Origin: Syntrophorhabdaceae bacterium | Lineage (GTDB): Bacteria > Desulfobacterota > Syntrophorhabdia > Syntrophorhabdales > Syntrophorhabdaceae | NCBI GenBank assembly: GCA_963666485.2 | Contig: CAXXUO010000002.1 | Coordinates: 480,001 to 544,000, forward strand | DNA: 64,000 bases | Direction: 5' to 3' | Shown: one piece after another, positions 60,709 to 64,000 of the stretch | Position numbering within the stretch: position 1 is the stretch's first letter | Layout: each line of letters starts with the position of its first letter | Notes under the pieces: generated by a model | The model's database searches: none | What the model was told of the DNA's origin: nothing | The model's input: the letters and a program-made list of their open reading frames with translations, nothing else | Translations under genes and position numbers: made by a program

Positions 60709-60996
60709 ATGACGAAAATAGATATCGTGACCGATCTTTACGAAAAGCTCGGATTTTCCAAACGGGAGTGCGCGCATATCGTCGACCGGTTCTTTGAAAT
60801 CATAAAAGACACTCTTGCAACGGACGAGAACGTCAAGATCTCCGGTTTCGGCAACTTTTTCGTGCGCAAGAAAAAAGCGCGCCGGGGCAGGAACCCGCAG
60901 ACGGGTGAAGAGATCAAGATAACGGAACGCAAGGTATTGAGCTTCAGGTTAAGCCAGGTACTAAAGGATGAAATAAACAACAGCAGGGCGGAATGA
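60709..60996 (+). CDS. ihfA: Integration host factor subunit alpha
   Basis: VKISGFGNF, RRGRNPQTGE; located after pheT. Confidence 0.92.
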   Translation: MTKIDIVTDLYEKLGFSKRECAHIVDRFFEIIKDTLATDENVKISGFGNFFVRKKKARRGRNPQTGEEIKITERKVLSFRLSQVLKDEINNSRAE

Positions 60997-61319
60997 ACGG
61001 AAGAGAAATTCCCGACCGGGTCTTTTACCGTATCAAGGAAGTCTGTACCCTGACAGGGCTCAAGCCCCACGTCCTGAGGTACTGGGAGCAGGAATTCAAG
61101 GACATCAAACCCGTCAAGAGCCCGACCGGGCAGAGGCTGTACAAGAAAAAAGATCTCGAGATCATCTTTACGATCAAGAAGCTCCTGCACGAAAAACGGT
61201 TCACGATAGATGGAGCAAAACAATATCTCGCCAACCACAAACGTATTCTCAATGAGATCCGCGAGGAACTTACGGAATTAGTAGCAATGCTGAAACAAGA
61301 GGAGAAAGAAAAGAAATGA
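60993..61319 (+). CDS. MerR-family transcriptional regulator
   Basis: Y.IKEV.......HVLRYWEQEF, GQR.Y...D, LL....FTI.GA; conserved position after ihfA. Confidence 0.92.
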   Translation: MNGREIPDRVFYRIKEVCTLTGLKPHVLRYWEQEFKDIKPVKSPTGQRLYKKKDLEIIFTIKKLLHEKRFTIDGAKQYLANHKRILNEIREELTELVAMLKQEEKEKK

Positions 61320-61933
61320 AAAATGTTATTATCGCTTTAGTGTTGGCCGCCCTGGTAGTTTCCTGTACACCCGGGCCCACTTATTATGCCAAGAGCGAAT
61401 CCGACAGCATCAAAAAGAACTACAACGACAAGCATGTCCAAAGCCTGTACCAGTCAAACTCGAGCCTTTTTAAGGAAATATACAACCGGTATAACTCTGC
61501 CAATGTCGGCGTCTACCAGGACGGGATCGGGATAACCACCCTTCAGGACTATGACAATACGACCCTCCACTATTTAATGGTCTACGTACGTCCCAAAGAC
61601 GCGTCATTCGACATGAACACGACGAAACCCGAACAAAGGATTGCGGCGATTTTGAAGAATTTCGTCCCAAAATATATAAAAATGCTCAATTCCCGGGACC
61701 TCGACAAGGATGATATCGAAGGTCTCGCCTTCGGTGTTTACTGGGCAGCCAGGGACCATTCCCAGTGCGATACATATGGCGGCCACGTCGAATACCTCTA
61801 TATCTTCTTCCCGAAGAACGCCGCTCAGGCATACCTGAATGGCAATTTGAGCCTCGCGGAAGCGATCGACCAGTCCGAGGTCATGTCGAGCACCGATCTC
61901 AAGCCGGCACAGGCCATCCGGCCCGTCTTCTAG
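61316..61933 (+). CDS. Hypothetical lipoprotein
   Basis: MKNVIIALVLAALVVSC lipobox-like signal; ATGA coupling to the MerR gene. Confidence 0.7.
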   Translation: MKNVIIALVLAALVVSCTPGPTYYAKSESDSIKKNYNDKHVQSLYQSNSSLFKEIYNRYNSANVGVYQDGIGITTLQDYDNTTLHYLMVYVRPKDASFDMNTTKPEQRIAAILKNFVPKYIKMLNSRDLDKDDIEGLAFGVYWAARDHSQCDTYGGHVEYLYIFFPKNAAQAYLNGNLSLAEAIDQSEVMSSTDLKPAQAIRPVF

Positions 61934-61955
61934 GCGGATCATTACGAAAAACGAG

Positions 61956-61987
61956 CGCCGCAGCTAAAAGCTGCGGCGTTTTTTTTG
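61956..61987 (+). terminator. Intrinsic terminator (probably bidirectional)
   Basis: CGCCGCAGCT-AAA-AGCTGCGGCG followed by a T-tract. Confidence 0.85.
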
Positions 61988-62023
61988 CGTCTTCTTTAAA
62001 ACGGCCCCGAAAGACAAACAGAC

Positions 62024-62845
62024 TTACTGGAACCATCCGCCTTTTTGAATGAGGTTCTTCACCGTCATCTCGGGAAAAGGCGCCGGTATGAACGAAAGCA
62101 CAAATACGGCGAGCACGATGACCGCCAGTTTCTTCCGTCTTCCGTCAAGCGACGTTTCATCATCGAGGGGACCGGGATGATTCCGGCCGAAGATCATGAG
62201 GAGCACAACGAGCATAAACCAGCCAATATTGTGGAATATCGCAAGAAGGCCAAGGCCCGCGATGACCCCGTAAAAGACCCACTTGCTCCGGCGGCCGAAC
62301 ACGGCGTACACGACATGCCCCCCGTCAAGCTGACCCACGGGAAGAAGGTTGAGCGATGTCACAAAAAGCCCGACCCAGCCGGCATATGCAAGAGGATGCA
62401 GCATAAGTTCGTGCCCGTCCGGTATCCGGCCTATGAGCCAGGCCTCGAGTACCTTGAAAAGAAGGGGTTCCCCGAGCTCCATGTATGACGCCGCCGGGAC
62501 ACCTGCGACCGTTGTGACCGTAGATAGGCTTATTCCTGCTATGATAAACGGGACTGCAGCGATAAAACCGGCCAGGGGCCCGGCTATGCCGATATCGAAA
62601 AGGGCTTTTCTGTCCGTTATTATCCCTTTCATCTTGATCAGGGCGCCGAACGTGCCGAAGGGCGGCAGCGGCAGAGGTATAAAGAAAGGAAGTGTGCTCG
62701 GGATCCGGTGGCGACGCGCCATCACGTAGTGTCCCATTTCGTGGCACAGGAGTATTGTCATGATGGCGGCACTGTAAACGTAGCCGCCCACAAAGATAGT
62801 TGACGCTATCGTAACGACAAATAACAGGATGTGCAGATAGATCAT
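62024..62845 (-). CDS. Site-2 protease (M50) family membrane metalloprotease
   Basis: HEMGH, GTFGA.I, FDIG.AGP, NLLPVGQLDGGH. Confidence 0.93.
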   Translation of the reverse strand: MIYLHILLFVVTIASTIFVGGYVYSAAIMTILLCHEMGHYVMARRHRIPSTLPFFIPLPLPPFGTFGALIKMKGIITDRKALFDIGIAGPLAGFIAAVPFIIAGISLSTVTTVAGVPAASYMELGEPLLFKVLEAWLIGRIPDGHELMLHPLAYAGWVGLFVTSLNLLPVGQLDGGHVVYAVFGRRSKWVFYGVIAGLGLLAIFHNIGWFMLVVLLMIFGRNHPGPLDDETSLDGRRKKLAVIVLAVFVLSFIPAPFPEMTVKNLIQKGGWFQ

Positions 62846-63808
62846 CTAGACCTTGAGCAGGCCGTACTCCATGAGGACCCGGTCATGTTTTGTTCCCGAC
62901 TTTATTTTTACGTCCAGCGAACATAAGAACTCGTAAAAATCTATCAGGCTCTTCCTCGGCAGTTTGCGCGCCGTGGTGAAAAGCTTGTATGCATAATACG
63001 GGTGCTGGAACGGCAAATAACGTTTTTTGCCAGATGTGTCGATCTCGATCTCTTCTTTCCATTGTTTGAAGGCCGAAGCAAAAGGCGGATACGCCCGGGC
63101 ATCCGGAATATGCGGCTCGAGGTCCTTCGCCTGGATCAAAAGACGCATCTGGTTTACAAGATAGCTGTGTATCGCGAGGATGTGCTGTCCATTCTCCACC
63201 AACCCTTCGAAGATGGCAAGGACCTCTTTCTTGTCCATCCGGGAGAATGCGTCAAACAGCACCATTAAAGTGTCTTCATGGGTCTCGGTGACAACGGTCT
63301 GAATATCCTTCGAATCGATCGTAGGTCTGTCGCCCACATATGCGATGAGCTTCAAGACCTCCTGGTCCAATATCGATTCGTCGCGGATCCTCGATGTCAG
63401 CAGCGTAAATGCCTTGTCGGTCATTTTCTTGCCGTTGCGCTTGATGGCTGTACGCACCCTCTCCTTGATCCTCTTTTCCCTGTCTTTTTCCAGGATAACA
63501 GGGTTCATCTCAAGGATGTCGCAAACGCCAGGCGATTCTTTTGTCAGGTAAACGATCAGCCCCGCCCGGTCTTTCAGGGCATCGAGGTTCGGCTTCAGTG
63601 CCTTCACATCAGCAACGTCCGGGTCTATGACGACTATCACGAGGTTCTCGGCGAGAAAAAGATTCGAGGCTTTCTCGATAACAACCTGCCGTAAGTCTTT
63701 CCCCTGGGCGATGGCAATTGCGGGGTGCTCATGAAAACGGCCGGCAAGGACATGGATATCCTCGATAATGTTCTCTTTGGCCCCCAGGGCAAGCAGCATT
63801 GTCTTCAT
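62846..63808 (-). CDS. holA: DNA polymerase III delta subunit
   Basis: NLF....VIV, A...L......L.QE..KL..Y, I...DI..V, D..IKSG..D...ME; 320 aa. Confidence 0.75.
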   Translation of the reverse strand: MKTMLLALGAKENIIEDIHVLAGRFHEHPAIAIAQGKDLRQVVIEKASNLFLAENLVIVVIDPDVADVKALKPNLDALKDRAGLIVYLTKESPGVCDILEMNPVILEKDREKRIKERVRTAIKRNGKKMTDKAFTLLTSRIRDESILDQEVLKLIAYVGDRPTIDSKDIQTVVTETHEDTLMVLFDAFSRMDKKEVLAIFEGLVENGQHILAIHSYLVNQMRLLIQAKDLEPHIPDARAYPPFASAFKQWKEEIEIDTSGKKRYLPFQHPYYAYKLFTTARKLPRKSLIDFYEFLCSLDVKIKSGTKHDRVLMEYGLLKV

Positions 63809-64000
63809 GCACGGTTAGGATATCATCGGCAGGCTTTGTTTTCAACCCGGAGAAAGAACCGGTTATCCTGAAACAGGCGACAAGTACGGCTTGTAATCTA
63901 AAATAATTAATATTTTACTTGAAAAATAACAATAAGTTGTATTACATTCTAACACATAGGGTATTCGCAAGAAAAGTAAAAAACTTTATACAAATTTGCA

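Overview
Bacterial chromosomal window with a diderm, anaerobe-like gene set; Desulfobacterota/deltaproteobacterial affinity is my inference from gene content. Most of it is housekeeping: carAB, mnmG, htpX-rsmB-PASTA-rpe, selenocysteine-containing selD, adk, a UvrD/PcrA helicase, mreB, ttuA/B-like genes, clpB, thrS-infC-rpmI-rplT-pheST-ihfA-merR, holA, tRNA-Arg(CCG) and tRNA-Val(GAC). The standout locus is 625-9913: a CHASE2 class III nucleotide cyclase converges on a same-strand cluster encoding a metallo-beta-lactamase-fold phosphodiesterase, a TPR/outer-membrane beta-barrel (Slam/DUF560-like) and three tandem secreted FecR proteins. The FecR proteins share a near-identical N-terminal DNA cassette (727 bp identical by eye between two copies) fused to one or two variable, predicted 8-stranded beta-barrel tips, making this a candidate polymorphic trans-envelope cyclic-nucleotide signalling system. 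Other notable items: two families of inverted heptamer repeats in many intergenic gaps (including a perfect 33x GGCTAAC array), REP-like palindromes, a frameshifted CC-adding-type tRNA nucleotidyltransferase, a UGA/SECIS-recoded selD, an ATA-initiated infC, an orphan secretin and a 50-aa gene missed by the ORF track. All family assignments come from motif recognition; no searches were run.
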